Source: Oopsacas minuta
Lineage: Eukaryota > Animalia > Porifera
Reading direction: 5' to 3'
DNA: 64,000 nucleotides
NCBI GenBank assembly: GCA_024704765.1
Contig: JAKMXF010000296.1
Location: forward strand, 5,725 to 69,724
Within the stretch, counting starts at the first letter, position 1; the number at the start of each line of letters is the position of its first letter. Position numbers and translations under genes: made by a program. This document shows, piece after piece, positions 10,518 through 23,413 of the stretch. The notes below the pieces were generated by a model. It searched no databases and was not told the origin of the DNA. It saw only the letters and a program-made list of their open reading frames with translations.

Positions 10518-12852
10518 CAGGGTCGGCAAACTTCCCGCCAACGGGCCAAAATAGACAAATTGCATAAGATTGCGGGCCAGATGGGATACCATCGAAAACT
10601 CGTTTAGATTTTTGTAATTTATCAATTGATTAAGTACGATTATTATACAAGTATTAAGTAGGTAGATTTAGAATATCCATTTGTTTATGATAATTATTTT
10701 GCATTATAAAATTAGACATACAAAAATATTAATGTTGATGTGATGGATGATACTGCCCTACTTTGGATAGCGCCTCTATGTCTGGTTTTAGGTTAGAGGT
10801 TGCCAATCGTAGCACACTGTCTAGGTGATTTTCGCTTAACCGTGTTCGCAACTTGCTTTTTATGTATTTCATCTTCGAGAAGAGTTGTGCACAAACGTAT
10901 GTACTCCCGAAGAGAACTGCAACCTCCTTTGCATGTTTCATTAGTGAAGGAAATCTTTGAGGAGTTATATAATGTTGATAGAATTCGAGTAAAGGCACAT
11001 CTCGAAATCTTGATCTGAGCTCACTCGAACTTTGGAGCTCAATCAGTTCCATTTGTAAATTTTCTGGGGCGTCACATATTTCAACATCAAATACGGCGGC
11101 GAAGTAGCTAAAATACTTACAATGCTTATCCATATCTGCGAATCGAGTGTTAAACTGATCTTTGAGATCAGATATGAATTCGGCGTAACAAGAAACATCA
11201 CATGGTTGGTGTGAACGAAGTGTAGGGAAATTAATGCAATTACTCTCTTTCAATTGAAGCTCCCATAGTTGTAACTTAACTTCAAATGCATAAATGTGTT
11301 CATAGAGGACATTGATGAACTGGTTCATTCCTTGTATTTTCAAATTTAGCATATTTAGATGATTAGTGATATCCACCAGAAAGGAAAAATCTGTCATCCA
11401 TTTCGCATCACTGAGCTCTGGAACTTCCATCCCTTTTTCCTCAAAAATTCGTCAATTCAGCTCTCAATTGGTAAACTCTCTGCAACATTGCACCTCTACT
11501 TAACCAGCGCACTTCGCAATAATATAACAAATCGCCATATTGGTTATCCATCTCTTCTAACATATGCTGAAATTGACGATGATATAATCCTCTTGCACGC
11601 ACAAAGTTCACAATTTTTATGACTACCCGCATTACTTCCTGCATCTTCAGAGATTTTGCGCACAAGGGCTCGAGATGGATTATACAATGTGTTTTTACCA
11701 GTTTTCTTTCAATGCCAGCATTTCTCATTTCTTTTTCTATCAAAGAAACTGCTCCCTTCACCTTTCCGATCATAGCTGGAGCACCATCTGTCGTTCCCCC
11801 ACAAATATTACTTAGATTTAAGCCCAGGCTACCTATGACACTCATGATTCCTTGGAATATATTCTCACCAGTAGTGGTATCCTTTAGTGAAACCAAACTT
11901 GCCAATTCTTCTGTAATGTCAAACGTTGCATTGATTCCTCTCACAAAAATTGCAACCAGAGCAATATCAGTCGCATCAGTGCTCTCATCAAGTGCAATTG
12001 CATATAATTCAAATTGTTGAGCACGCTCTTGTAATGTTGTCCTGATATCTGAAGACAAATCTTCAATTCTTCGGGTAACGGTTCTTGCAAGGCAGACTAA
12101 TCTTACCAAAAAGATCTCTTTTTTCTGGACATATAATATCAGCCACAGTTAGAAGACACTCCTTCACAAATTCACCATCAGTGAAAGGTTTCATGCGTTT
12201 CCCAATGAGTTCGCTAACAGCGAAACTAGCACGTGTAGTATTCTTTAACTCAGAAGTATGCTGTAAAAATTTACTCTGTTGCTCAGTTAAAGACCTTTGG
12301 AGAGATTCGATCTTACTCCTTCGCGTGGCACCGGTAAGAAAATCGAAATTTTTCGAATGCTTCGTCTCGTAGTGTCTCTTCAAATTGGACTCCTTCATCA
12401 CAGCAAGAGATACAGCACATAAAAGGCAGGTGGGCAATCTTCCCGGCATAATAAAAAATACTTCTCGTCCAACTTTCCTTAAATACGCGATTTTCAAGAT
12501 CTACTTTCCGCCTTTTAGATGTTGATGCCATTATTTAATTCACAATGAATTTGAAATTTGATCTGAGTATTGAAACTTGAATCATGTGTATTTATCTACA
12601 ATTCTACATACTATATTATGCTGAGATCAAATCCAAATAGTGTCAGAATACATTTGTGTGGCATCACTAACACACTCATTCCATTCACCCATTCTTCAAT
12701 ATGGCCTCCAAATTGCCGTAGAGGCCATAATAAGTGTTTCTGAAACAATTTTGGATTATAATTGAAAGAGCCTGAAAAGTAGAATAATTTCTGAAAGAGT
12801 CGAGCGAGGGCCGGGTAAAATCACCTCGCGGGCCGGAGTTTGCCGACTCCTG
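10518..12852 (-). mobile_element. hAT Buster/Charlie (GTF2IRD2/SPIN-like) transposon
   Basis: TIRs CAGG(A)GTCGGCAAACT with perfect 8-bp TSD GTATATAG (10510-17, 12853-60). The central TA of the TSD is typical of the Buster clade. Confidence 0.95.
10729..12531 (-). pseudogene. Frameshifted Buster-type hAT transposase
   Basis: SKRRKVDLENRVF, CLLC..NLKRHYETKH (BED-like), ALDESTD, TDGAPAM, HCIIH, EVRWLSRG, FGSTYVC.QLFS, spread over four frames. Confidence 0.93.
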
Positions 12853-12983
12853 GTATATAGTGTTGTATTTATTTGATTGAAGACAAAATGGCACCTTTGT
12901 ACGACAAAACTTTTGGACTGACCCTCGTATAAATATAAAACTGGTTAAATACCGTTACTTACAATTAGATGAATCCCGACCAT

Positions 12984-13062
12984 AACCTAACCAACCTGAC
13001 TGAGTAGTCAAGTTAACTTGACCAACCTGACTGAGTAGTCAGGTTAACCTAACCAACCTGAC
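12984..13062. repeat. 31-bp tandem repeat (~2.5 copies) with internal palindrome
   Basis: Unit ACCAACCTGACTGAGTAGTCA(A/G)GTTAAC(T/C)T(G/A) starts at 12990, 13021 and 13052. Confidence 0.8.
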
Positions 13063-13149
13063 CTAGTGGTGCCATATGGGGGAAATTCAGTAACCAAAAG
13101 TGGTCAGGTTGAAACCTGACCAGTGGCTAAGGTCTTGTTGATTTGTACA

Positions 13150-13399
13150 TTTATTGTTGTTTTTATGAATATAAAGTAAACAAATTAAATTTACGTCGAT
13201 ACATGCTCTCAACGGCTACAAAGTGGGTTGATCTTTCAAAATAATTCAATAATATATGGCATATACGTATATTTGTGAATTACATTGTTCTATATATATC
13301 AATATTATAATACTCAAAGAGCCCGTCAATTTGGTGCTAATGGATACTTCGAGGCGCAATGCGCCGAGTTCATCACGAAGCGACAAGTCAAAGGCTCGT
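13150..13399 (+). mobile_element. Helitron-like non-autonomous repeat, family A (5'-truncated)
   Basis: Ends in GAGGCGCAATGCGCCGAGTTCATC..AAAGGCTCGT, shared with copies at ~15800, 18718, 20136, 38137 and 53040. Confidence 0.55.
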
Positions 13400-14057
13400 T
13401 TCAGTTAAATTACAATGGGAACAGTAACATCCTCTATTGATAAATTCAAAGTCAGACTACCACCCAAAATCAAATTCCTAGACTGGAAAAACAAACAAAA
13501 TTTCGGAATCTATCCACAATTCCAGAAAATAGGTTTGAAACAATACAATTTTGTCATATATTGAGATTTAAATGGGGGGTGCATAAACCAATCCTCGTTG
13601 GGACATGAAAATTATGTTAGTTGAGCAAATTGTCAAATTATGCAGGAAAATTTGTATTGTCGGAAGCTATTTCAGAAAATACACACTGTTGGATTATAGA
13701 GGTCTTCGGGAATATTCAGGCATCGGTTTATGCAGGTTCCGCTGTAGTCCTTTTTTATGCTATTTTCAAGGTTGAAACCGATCGAACCCGAATATTCGGG
13801 TGGCCAAATAGTTGGTTTGTCACAAAAATTGCTCCGTGAGACCAAAATTCCATGGAAATTGGTCTTATTATGAATTTTGGTCTCCCTATGTTATATGTTT
13901 ATCTAATTAGTAAATATTTAATTTAACATCAAATTTATGTAATTTTAAACTTTTGGAGAGACAAGATCTGAGAGCGAGATGTGTATCAGTACCTAAAAAG
14001 CTGGATAATAAACTAGTTAGAGAAAAATCAATTCAACAGCCAGGCCAAACTCTAATC

Positions 14058-14119
14058 TTACAATCAGGAGCTGGTATCCCGAACAACGTCCTCTTCGGAT
14101 TACTAGCTCCTGATTGTAA
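14058..14119. other. Isolated 62-nt hairpin
   Basis: 26-nt arms (14058-83, 14094-119) with one G.T pair and two mismatches, and a 10-nt loop. Confidence 0.75.
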
Positions 14120-16114
14120 ATAAACAGGACTAAATGTGAATAACTAAGGATATATACAAATCTAATTTTTAATTTTTAAAAATAAACACGATTGTTTTTA
14201 AACCCTGTTGGCGGGTGGGCGACTCAAAAGACTTAGAATATCATGAGGTCTTGAACGTCGGGGTAGTTCATACATCCGAACTACCCCTAGTCATAGTTGA
14301 ATAGGAGCTAGGACCAGTGGTAGTTTCGGATAATCAAATATTAACAAGTGATGACTGATTTTTCGCATTCGGAAATAACATATTGGTTGACCAGGGGTGA
14401 GTCATTATTCCAAATATATATGTATACATTATTCCAAATTTGAAATGTTTGCATTAGTCCAAATGTGACGCATGCATTAATCTAGATTCGTATGTCTGTA
14501 ATTTTGATCAGCTTAGTTAAGAAAGTGTCAATATTTGGCCTGGATGTTGTCCAGATGGCCGACTGCCATCTGATTGTTGCACAAAGTGCAGACTACAAAA
14601 TCAGGACAATGCATGCGCTCCGAAATTTTGAACTAACGGAGACTTCCTGAAAACTTTGGACTAATGCTAATTTTCACATTTGGACTAATGCATACAAATA
14701 CGCGGCCCGTTAGTACCTTTTGTGCGGCCCTTAGGCCAACATACGTCCTCCTAGCCTGGACTATTTTAAAACACTATATAGAGTAAGCTCCACAATTTCG
14801 CTCACTCTTTACGCTTGAAAATTAAATCAATACTACAAATTTTCACTCACACATAGTATCAAAGATAATGTGTAAGAGAACTTATTTATTACAATGGAAA
14901 TTTTCAGTCTATAAAACTGGAAAACATGTTAATCTCCAAAAAGGTATGAAATATTCACTTTAGAATATTTCATGCCCGAGTTGCAAATCTCCGACTCAAA
15001 ACGGATAAGTATACCAATTTTCATAAAATCTTTCTGTTAGATTCAGGCATCTCCCTATAGGAGCTACACTAACAAGTATTTAGAATCTCAACTTGTGGTA
15101 CTATAGAATGGTATTGTTATGACAAAAATGGCCTCCATATACGCTTATCAAATAATTAGCCATGGATTTTGGATTTCGTATTTCTGATTGAATCATATTC
15201 AAAAGGTATTTTGAGATACTCCTCTGTTTGTTGGTTTAGGTATTTCCTATGAATTTGTGACTATATATGCTTGGATGTTGTCAAGGATTTTTTGATGCGG
15301 GAGTAGAGGAATAATTTCTATAACACATAAATTATCATATAGGGAATAACCTAGCATTCTGTTGATGATATAGAAAAGGTATACAATTAGATTGGGGTGC
15401 TGATTCTGATTTTTATACATTCAAATTAATCATATGTAAATTTATTTGTTGTATTTATAATTATATAGTAAATATATTGTTCAAGTGTCGAAATATACTT
15501 TCAGACTTGCTCTCAACAGACTTATGCGGATAATCAAGTACACTGATTCCGAAAATCGTATTTTCTGATATGTAAATGTATTATTGTTCATATGAAAACA
15601 AATATTTGAATTCTCGGCTACAAAGGAGGTTGATCTTACAAAATAATTCAATAACATATATGCCATATACGTATATTTGAGAATTACATTGTTCTAAATA
15701 TATATTATAATACTCAAAGGGGATCTTCAATTTGGAGAATAATGGATACCTCGACGCGCAATGCGCGAGTTCACGCGAACTGTGCAGCCAAAGGTTCGTA
15801 TAAATACATCTGAATAAACAAATAGTTGAAATCTCGAAATATACTTAGAGAGTTGCCCTCAACAGACATATACGGGTAATCAAGTACGCTGATTTCGAAT
15901 TTCGCATATTCAAGTTTCTCTTTTATATATTCTTTATATATTACTTATATATTTCTTTGTTTGTATTATTATAAAGTAGACAAATTGTTGAAATATTAAG
16001 TTATTAATTCAATTTTCAATTTTATACTTTGCTAATTTCGAGGTACGAAGTGTCGAGTCACTTGCGAACACAAATTGTTCGCAATTCCTTTTTGATTAGT
16101 TTTCTTATATCTAG

Positions 16115-16200
16115 GCTGCCGTCGACGAAAAGGACAAGTTACTACCTGAAGCTTCAAGCATCCCTAAATACTCTTCAGATACTAATCAACCAACTGCAAT
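16115..16200 (+). CDS. Internal exon of uncharacterised TPR-like gene
   Basis: Acceptor ttttcttatatctag and donor gtaagt. Open frame AAVDEKDKLLPEASSIPKYSSDTNQPTA ends in phase 2, matching the next exon. Confidence 0.55.
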
Positions 16201-16756
16201 GTAAGTAAGAATGATAATCATATCACTTTGTATAATAAAGCCTGATATTATAAATCTGTAAAACTTGTATTTACCTTTTCCGGCTCTAAGTATTGTATAT
16301 GGTAAATCTTTAATATTACTACGAGATGCAATGAATTTTCTATATACACACGACTATACTATTGTCTGTTAGTGGCTATATACCCCAAAGAATTATTCTA
16401 CAACCCTGGCCAGATCGTATCCTCAGGCGTCGGCCATTTCATAATATATACATCAACCGAACTTAAATTTGATATGTTGATGGAATTCTATCTGTTCATA
16501 CCTGCAAGCCTTTGTATATCATATACCTGGAATCAGTGCAAAATTAGCCCTGTACAATGGATGGTTCCCAATATTTTAATGCAGTCGAACACTAAAATTT
16601 TCGCTCGTTCGGTACACACTCAATCGTAAGTCTATATATACAAGTACAAGTATATGGCCAGTGTCTAGAAGGATTTGTCCCATTTACCCTTTTGTGCAGG
16701 GGTCTAGGCCAGGGATTTACTCCATTTAATTCCTGTAGATTTCAATACTACAAACT

Positions 16757-17215
16757 CAGGGCCGGATTAAGACTTTACGGGACACTAAGTCATACATTTG
16801 GCGGGGCCCTACGTATTCAGCTAAGACCAAATACAATTGTATGAGATTACATTCAATATGTAGTAAACTAGTAATTAGATAAATGCATCATCACATATCC
16901 GTCAAATTGACCTTTTCTTGATTTCATTTTTGCAAAGTCATCAATGATATCCTGAAAGACGATGTTGTTCGTCAAATCCGATTCAATGCACAACAAAGAC
17001 AGGTTACAAATTTGCCTTCGTATAATGTCGATCGAAGCTCGTTCTTCACTCTTTTCAATAAAGAAAAGGATCATTCTCCTGTAGTGTTAGCAGCTTGACA
17101 TGAAATTGAGTCTATCTCCAAAAATATCAAGCTTCGTTTAAATAATTTTGCAGGAAATCTAATTATCCGCGGGGCCCTAGGCCATGGCCTATTTGGCCTA
17201 TGCCATAATCCACCA
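16757..17215 (-). mobile_element. Short hAT derivative with dimerization-domain remnant
   Basis: Left TIR CAGGGCCGGATTAA, degenerate right end. Minus-strand NLSLLCIESDL..IIDDFAKMKSRK. TSD not resolved. Confidence 0.6.
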
Positions 17216-18717
17216 GCGGCTACAGTGTATTAGGTTCATTCCCCAATATAAATCGACAATCCTAGCTATACTCCCCGCGTGAAAATCTCAGAATTATCTA
17301 ACATTTTGCCAAAACTTTACCACAGGGCTGTGCCAGTAATGCCAACTGACCAAGTCGAACTTGGGCAGAATTCGTACCTGACTGATTTTGGGCTCCTGGA
17401 TCTGATAATTATTTCAGGATATTCAATAATATTTGTCCCCTGATGTACTTCATGTTTTATCCTCAAATCCTTGGATAAAATTCCGAATAATTTTTCTACA
17501 ATTACCCCCTGTCTAACTTTTTAAAGGAGCTCTCTAGCATCAATTTGATATATGTGCAAAAGGTGTGAAAATATGATAAATCATATAAAAATAGATTTGA
17601 AAATGTTAATTTTGGAACCTACATGCTCGATTACCCCTAAATACCAGTTAAACGTAATCTCTAGCATAAGTTTGACGAATATGCAAACAGTCGTGAAATA
17701 TTCACTTTAGAAAAATTCATACCCGAGGTGCAAATCTCCGACCCAAAATGTATATGTTGTGCAAATTTTCATGTTAATTGGACGGTCTGATTTCGCACGG
17801 CCGCGCGGACGGACGGATGGACGGACGAATGGGCTTATGGACGTCGCACATCGTCCATACCATTAGAGCAATCTCCCTATACTAAAACTTTCAAGAATTT
17901 GTCGAAATTCTCTGTCTCGTAACCCTTTATTTGTTAAATTATGTAGAACGTTAAATAATGCAACTTTCAATTCATAGTGAATATATGAAATTCTAAACCC
18001 TAATTGGATGTTAGTGAGTATCACCTAATGTGTTATCTAACCTAGTTGAATGCCGCTAAACAAGGGGGGTTCTCTGTCAACTAATTTGTGCTTCAAATTT
18101 TGCAGACAGTAAATTCTCTCTCTTTCCTACTTGGAGTAATACACTGTCGCCAGAGTCCTTCTGCTCTCTCGTTTATTCAAGTCTTGGCGGGCTGTTCCTC
18201 TGGCTTAGGTACTTGTGGAATAGCGCTGATACACGCTTGTAAAATCGAGCGATTCTCCCGTTTCGCTTCATTCCAGAATTTGATAAAGAGATCATCGACG
18301 TATTTCCACTGGACCAATGCATGTCTTACAACTTCTTCGTTGCTTCATACATATAGTATATAGTATGTTAACAAATACATGTATTAATAAATGTTACTTT
18401 ACATAGCAATCAGAAATACTGATGTAAACTCATTAGGTGGGAAGTACACTTTTCTGTCCAGATTTTATTCGGAAAATCTGAAAATGTCCAGGTTTTGGTA
18501 AAAACCATGCTTTACATATACTTAATGCACAAAATATGTGTAGTTAATGCACATGGTTATCATCATCCTAGGGGCGTTGCATTAGTTCGAATTTACATGT
18601 TGGTATTAATTCAAATTTCTGATGTGGGCAATAGTTCGAAAGTTAAATATATGTAAGTTCGAATTAATTTCTATATTGACATTAGTTCTAATGAAATATG
18701 ATTCAATTATTTAAGTA

Positions 18718-19417
18718 ACGAGCATTTGGCTCGTCGCTTCGCGATGAACTCAGCGCATTGTGCCTCGAGGTATCCATTATTCTCCAAATTGATTACCCCT
18801 TCGAGTATTATAAAATAGATATATATAGAACAGTGTAATTCACAAATATACGCACATGGTATATATATTTTTGAATTATTTTGCAAATCTCCCTGTATAT
18901 TCATAAAAAATCAATAAATTTACATATCAAGGGACAAACAACAAACAATACCATATTCGGACTCAGCATACTCGATTACCCCAGTATAGTCGTTGAAAGT
19001 ATGATTCTACCTCAATTTTTGGATTTGTTTTCCTTTATATTCATAAAATCAACACTAAATTTCCATATGAGAAGCTTGAAAAGCGAAATTCGGATTCAGC
19101 GTGCTTAGTTACCCCTGGGTAGCCGTTTAGAGCAAGCCGTACGTATATTTTGAGATTTGGATAATTTGTTTACTATATATTCATAAAAACAACAATAAAT
19201 TTACGTATGATTAATCCAAAGTGTGAATATCGGATTAAGCATGTTTGATATATTTGGTGAAGTTTTATTGAATTCTAATTACTTCCTTGACAAACACTAA
19301 ATACATAGTTATGCGACAATAATAAACTTGCATACCTTAAATCCTATCCTTTACAACGGACAACAAACAGACAAACAGCCAGACCGACAGACAACAATTG
19401 AGATTTAATGATATAGA
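18718..19417 (-). mobile_element. Helitron-like non-autonomous repeat, family A, full length
   Basis: Minus strand runs from A|TCTATATCATTAAATCTCAATTG plus a GTTT/GTCT microsatellite to the ..GCGACGAGCCAAATGCTCGT 3' hairpin end. No TIR or TSD. Confidence 0.6.
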
Positions 19418-19861
19418 TTCAACCGTGCTCCACGAGTCTACCAAGGCTGGCTACGCCACTGCTCCAGATCCTATTCCTTCAGTAAAATTTTAGTCTCTCT
19501 CCATATTGGCATGTCAAGCTATTTTTATACTTTATAAGAATTTTGGACCTCTAATCTCAAAGGATGATAAATTTCTATTTGTATTCGTTTTAGAATTGGA
19601 TCAAATGCATTTGTATTCGATTTGAAATTTTTGGACGACCATATTTGTATTGTATTTGGTAGATCTGTTGCGTAATTGTATTTATATTTGATTAAAAAGA
19701 AATGTATTTGGCCCCAGCCTGGTTAGTGGAGAAGAGGTCTTAGATTTGGCCCCAATATATTTTCTCAGAATGGTGGAAGTTTGGTCGCTGGAACATTGGT
19801 CGCTCAACATTTAGTTCTTATTATTATTAGTGCATAATAATAGTGAAGTATACGTGTATTA

Positions 19862-20136
19862 TCTATATTATTAAATCTCAATGATTGTTTGTTTGTTTGT
19901 TTGTCCGTTATCAAGGAAAAGATTTATGGTATGCAATTTTGAAATTGTCGCAAAACTATGTATTTATCTTTTTATCAAGGAAGTGAAAGAATTTAATAAC
20001 TGCATTAAATATATCAAACATGCTCAATCCAATTTTCACACTTTTGGGTTAATCATATGTAAATTTATTGTTGTTTTTATTAATGTCGAGGCTCAATGCG
20101 CCGAGTTCATCGCGAAGCGACGAGCCAAAGGCTCGT
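19862..20136 (+). mobile_element. Helitron-like non-autonomous repeat, family A, short copy
   Basis: 5' A|TCTATATTATTAAATCTCAA with (GTTT)n. 3' ACGAGCC-AAA-GGCTCGT hairpin. Confidence 0.6.
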
Positions 20137-21060
20137 ATATTATTAAATTTCTATTCTTGTCTGTATTCAGAGATCTGATTATCGATCGTATATGCTTGCA
20201 TTGTCGATGGTCCAAATATCGATCATTGGATTGGATTGGCAACCTTGATTATAGGTACACTGAATGTGCAATAATAGTTACATCGAGGGTTGTTGATATA
20301 TATATTACAATCCCGGCATACCAGAGTATTTTCTCCCCGGGATTATTGTCTGAATCTCATCTTCCTGTGTCATAGTGCCATGTATCCCCATACTCGTAGT
20401 CCTAGAGTGAGTTGTCCCCTGAACTCGTGGCACTAGGATGAGATCTCCCCCGAACTGGTGGCCTCAGGGTGAGATGTCTCCCGAACCAGCGACACTAGGG
20501 GTGAGTTTCCCCATTTTATATTTTCTTTCATACAATTTGGGTCCAAAGGACACCTGGCGGGTATGTAAAGTTTACAGCCCGCGTAGTTATATGAAAATTT
20601 GTACTTTAGTAGCTGTGGTTGGTAGAAAATAATGTTGATTATTCAAAATAAACTAACCTTGAAACGGGATACATATTAAATTTACTAGGTAGGCGCTAGT
20701 ACAGTAGGGGTATCCGAAGGTTAGATTTATTTGCTAAAAATTTGTAAGAATGTATCACTTTCAAAATATGGGGGGGCATTGCCTCCCATGCACTCCCAGA
20801 ACTACGCTAGTGGACTCTCTTGGACATTGTAATCCTGTACTAATTTGAATCTCAAGATGGGCACTTTGATTCCTTATAAGACTGTAAAAGCACTTAAATA
20901 AACCCTGTACCGATATAGCCCTATTGAACGGAGTCTACTGTATTAATAAATAGAACTCTCGAAGGAGTTATCTCGAACTAGGCCCATTATTTTAGGGGGA
21001 TCCGTCGTCCTACTTTATCGGGACTCCTCAAACTAGGATCAGATGTCCGTGACGGACACC

Positions 21061-21126
21061 TCAACCCATTTGATCTTAGTGCCAGATGTACGCGGCCATC
21101 TGGCACTAAGGTCAAATAGGGATTGA
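21061..21126. other. Isolated 66-nt hairpin
   Basis: ATTTGATCTTAGTGCCAGATG pairs with CATCTGGCACTAAGGTCAAAT (one G.T pair) around an 8-nt loop TACGCGGC. The stem extends with two bulges. Confidence 0.75.
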
Positions 21127-22390
21127 ATATCGTGATTAGCTTCTCTATCACAAGATCCCAAGATTTTGTTGTTTGGTAATTAAATTTTGTATACAGATTG
21201 AATGCAATACATTTATTCGTAATATCCTCTATAGATGACAGAATACAACCCATATTAACCTTTGGTAGCGTCTAGATTTGGGATCATTTTCTTTCATCTT
21301 CTGCATAGTTAAAAGTGTGCAAAAATAGTTAAAATGCTGTGATGGGCAGTGGCGGATCCAGGGAAACGTGAATGGGGGATGTATCCCCTAATATATTCGT
21401 TACATTTTATGATAAGCGTCACGTCGATTTGGATGAATTCTTGTTTTGGAAAATTGTATATTTGAGAACGACATCAAGCTTACTAGCTTAATTCATTAGC
21501 CACGTTCTATCTAGGATGGTAAATTTGGGGAGAAGCTTTTGAATATCTTAATGTTAATAATTACCTGGATTACAAAATATGACCGTGATTGTATCCCCTA
21601 GTTTTTTATCACGAACCTAAATTGTTCTCCCAATATTCTTATCGCCATTAAATTTTTGAATGTAATCACAAATAATTTGAATTTTTTCCTTATTTGTCAG
21701 AAACACACATTTCCCTGGATTACTTATGTTTCGCATGGTTATTATTCCAACTCCTGGAATATTCATTAATCTCTGGCAAGTTACGAATTCAGGATTACCT
21801 GGCCTATCATGCAGATAATCGCCTAATAACTTTGATTGTGAATTCCGAAAAGGAGATTTTTGTAATTAATAGAGCTGTTAAGCTAATAAGTATGCATTTT
21901 TGTTAAAAGCATGAAACTTCCACATAACATCTATATGTTATTGTAAGCTATTATAGACAAGGAGCAATCTCGAAAACGATCTCTGGTCAGACATTTTTAA
22001 TGTGCTACTTTGGGACACATTTTGAATATCTTAAAGCCTTCCTAACCTCCAGTAGGCTACTCTAATCCAATTGCTATGTCGATATTCGTCATCAGCGTAA
22101 ACTTCCCCTTCAAGTTATCACTCAAATATATTTGATACTATTTTTCCCTAGTAACGCAGGAATGTGGCAATGTCCATTCCAAAATTTGTCATAACCCTTT
22201 CGAGTGATTCCTTGTTTGATGCCGCTAGGCTAGCCGAGTCTATTCATACACACAGCGACCCTCGATACTCGATAGTATAGTTTCATTAACACGATTTTAC
22301 TAGATGGCCCTCTGCGGCCTCCTAAATTTCTTATAATTTTTTCATATTTCTTACAAAATATGATTTCAGCGTTTGTATTTATGAGAAATA

Positions 22391-22891
22391 CAGTAGACTC
22401 TCGTTAATACGTACACCAGAGGACTGCCAAAATTCGTACTCCTTATCCAGTATTGTAGTGGCATCTGTTCCCTCTAATTTGGCCCCCTCGGACTTCTGGC
22501 ACTAGGGTCAGATGTCCCTCTGGACTTCTGGCACTATGACACCGGTTTCAACTGTACATACTTAGTGGCGTATCCACCATCCAGGAGCGCGCAATGGGTA
22601 ATTGATTATGATTTAGACAGAGATTGTTGTCTAAATCATTATCAATTAAAATCATTGTTATTCAAGGGGTGTGCTCGAGCACCCATTGCGCGCTCCTGGA
22701 TAGTGGATACGCCACTAAGTATGTACAGTTGAAACCGGTGTCATAGTGCCTGAAGTCCGGGAGGACAGCTGACCCTAGTATCACTAGTCCGCGGGGACTC
22801 CTTGCCCTAGTGCCAGAAGTCAGGAGGGACAGCTGACCCTCTCACACCGGAATTACTCCTTAACCGTGTTAGTATTAACGAGACTCTACTG
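22391..22891. mobile_element. Tc1/pogo-type MITE containing a fold-back core
   Basis: 20-bp TIRs CAGTAGA(C/G)TCTCGTTAATAC with TA on both sides. Internal long inverted arms at 22501-22779. Confidence 0.8.
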
Positions 22892-23413
22892 TATACTTGT
22901 AAGTTATTAATGTTGAATGTATTTGAATATTTTCAGCATATTTTCCTTTTGATAGAGTTGTCCTTAGTTGCACATCATGTCTAACACGTAGCTCAGTAAA
23001 CGCAAACTAGAGCTTACAATCCCGAACATATTTTGTAATGCCGGGATTAGGCAATGAAACACAAGGATTCCCAATAAACGGGGTTCTCCGTTTATTTGTT
23101 TTAAAATAATACTAATACTTTAATTTATCAGGAACAAATCATATTTAATTTTTTCAGATACGTATAGTCCATGCATCATAAGTGCTCTCTGATACTAGTT
23201 ACTGATTTTGGTAAAGTATGACCCAGAGCCATTAAAGATTTTCTAGGGTCCTGTGAAGTAATAAAAATAGTGAAATTGAGTTCATTGCATACAGTCATCC
23301 TTGCAATTACTGCCCAGAGAGTTGCATCATTGGTAAATTTGTTGATAGTATAAATTTTAGTACATTTTTTTGAGAGTCATTTTCTAGAGTTTTGGTATTC
23401 TCACGTTTCAGTA

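Larger units (their letters stand above)
9276..12927 (-). mobile_element. mariner transposon interrupted by a hAT
   Basis: 30-bp TIRs CGAGG(A/G)TCAGTCCAAAAGTTTTGTCGTACA with one mismatch, and TA on both flanks. Confidence 0.92.

Noticed and set aside
11085-12372. Plus-strand ORFs overlapping the hAT transposases (also 27223-28593 and those opposite the mariners)
   Set aside because: Antisense shadows of real transposase frames.
13960-14125. ~56-codon open frame LERQDL..APDCK
   Set aside because: No start or splice context. The openness is plausibly a by-product of the hairpin's composition.
15041-15097. Possible upstream exon of the TPR-like gene
   Set aside because: Phase-compatible, but the donor (GTACTA) is weak and there is no sequence support.
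18707-20375. Repeated peptide EAQCAEFIAKRRAK in several ORFs
   Set aside because: It is the translation of the family-A 3' hairpin, not a protein.
22081-22095. Minus-strand CTGATGACGAAT as a minimal hammerhead
   Set aside because: No room for stem II, GAAU instead of GAAA, and no flanking stems seen.
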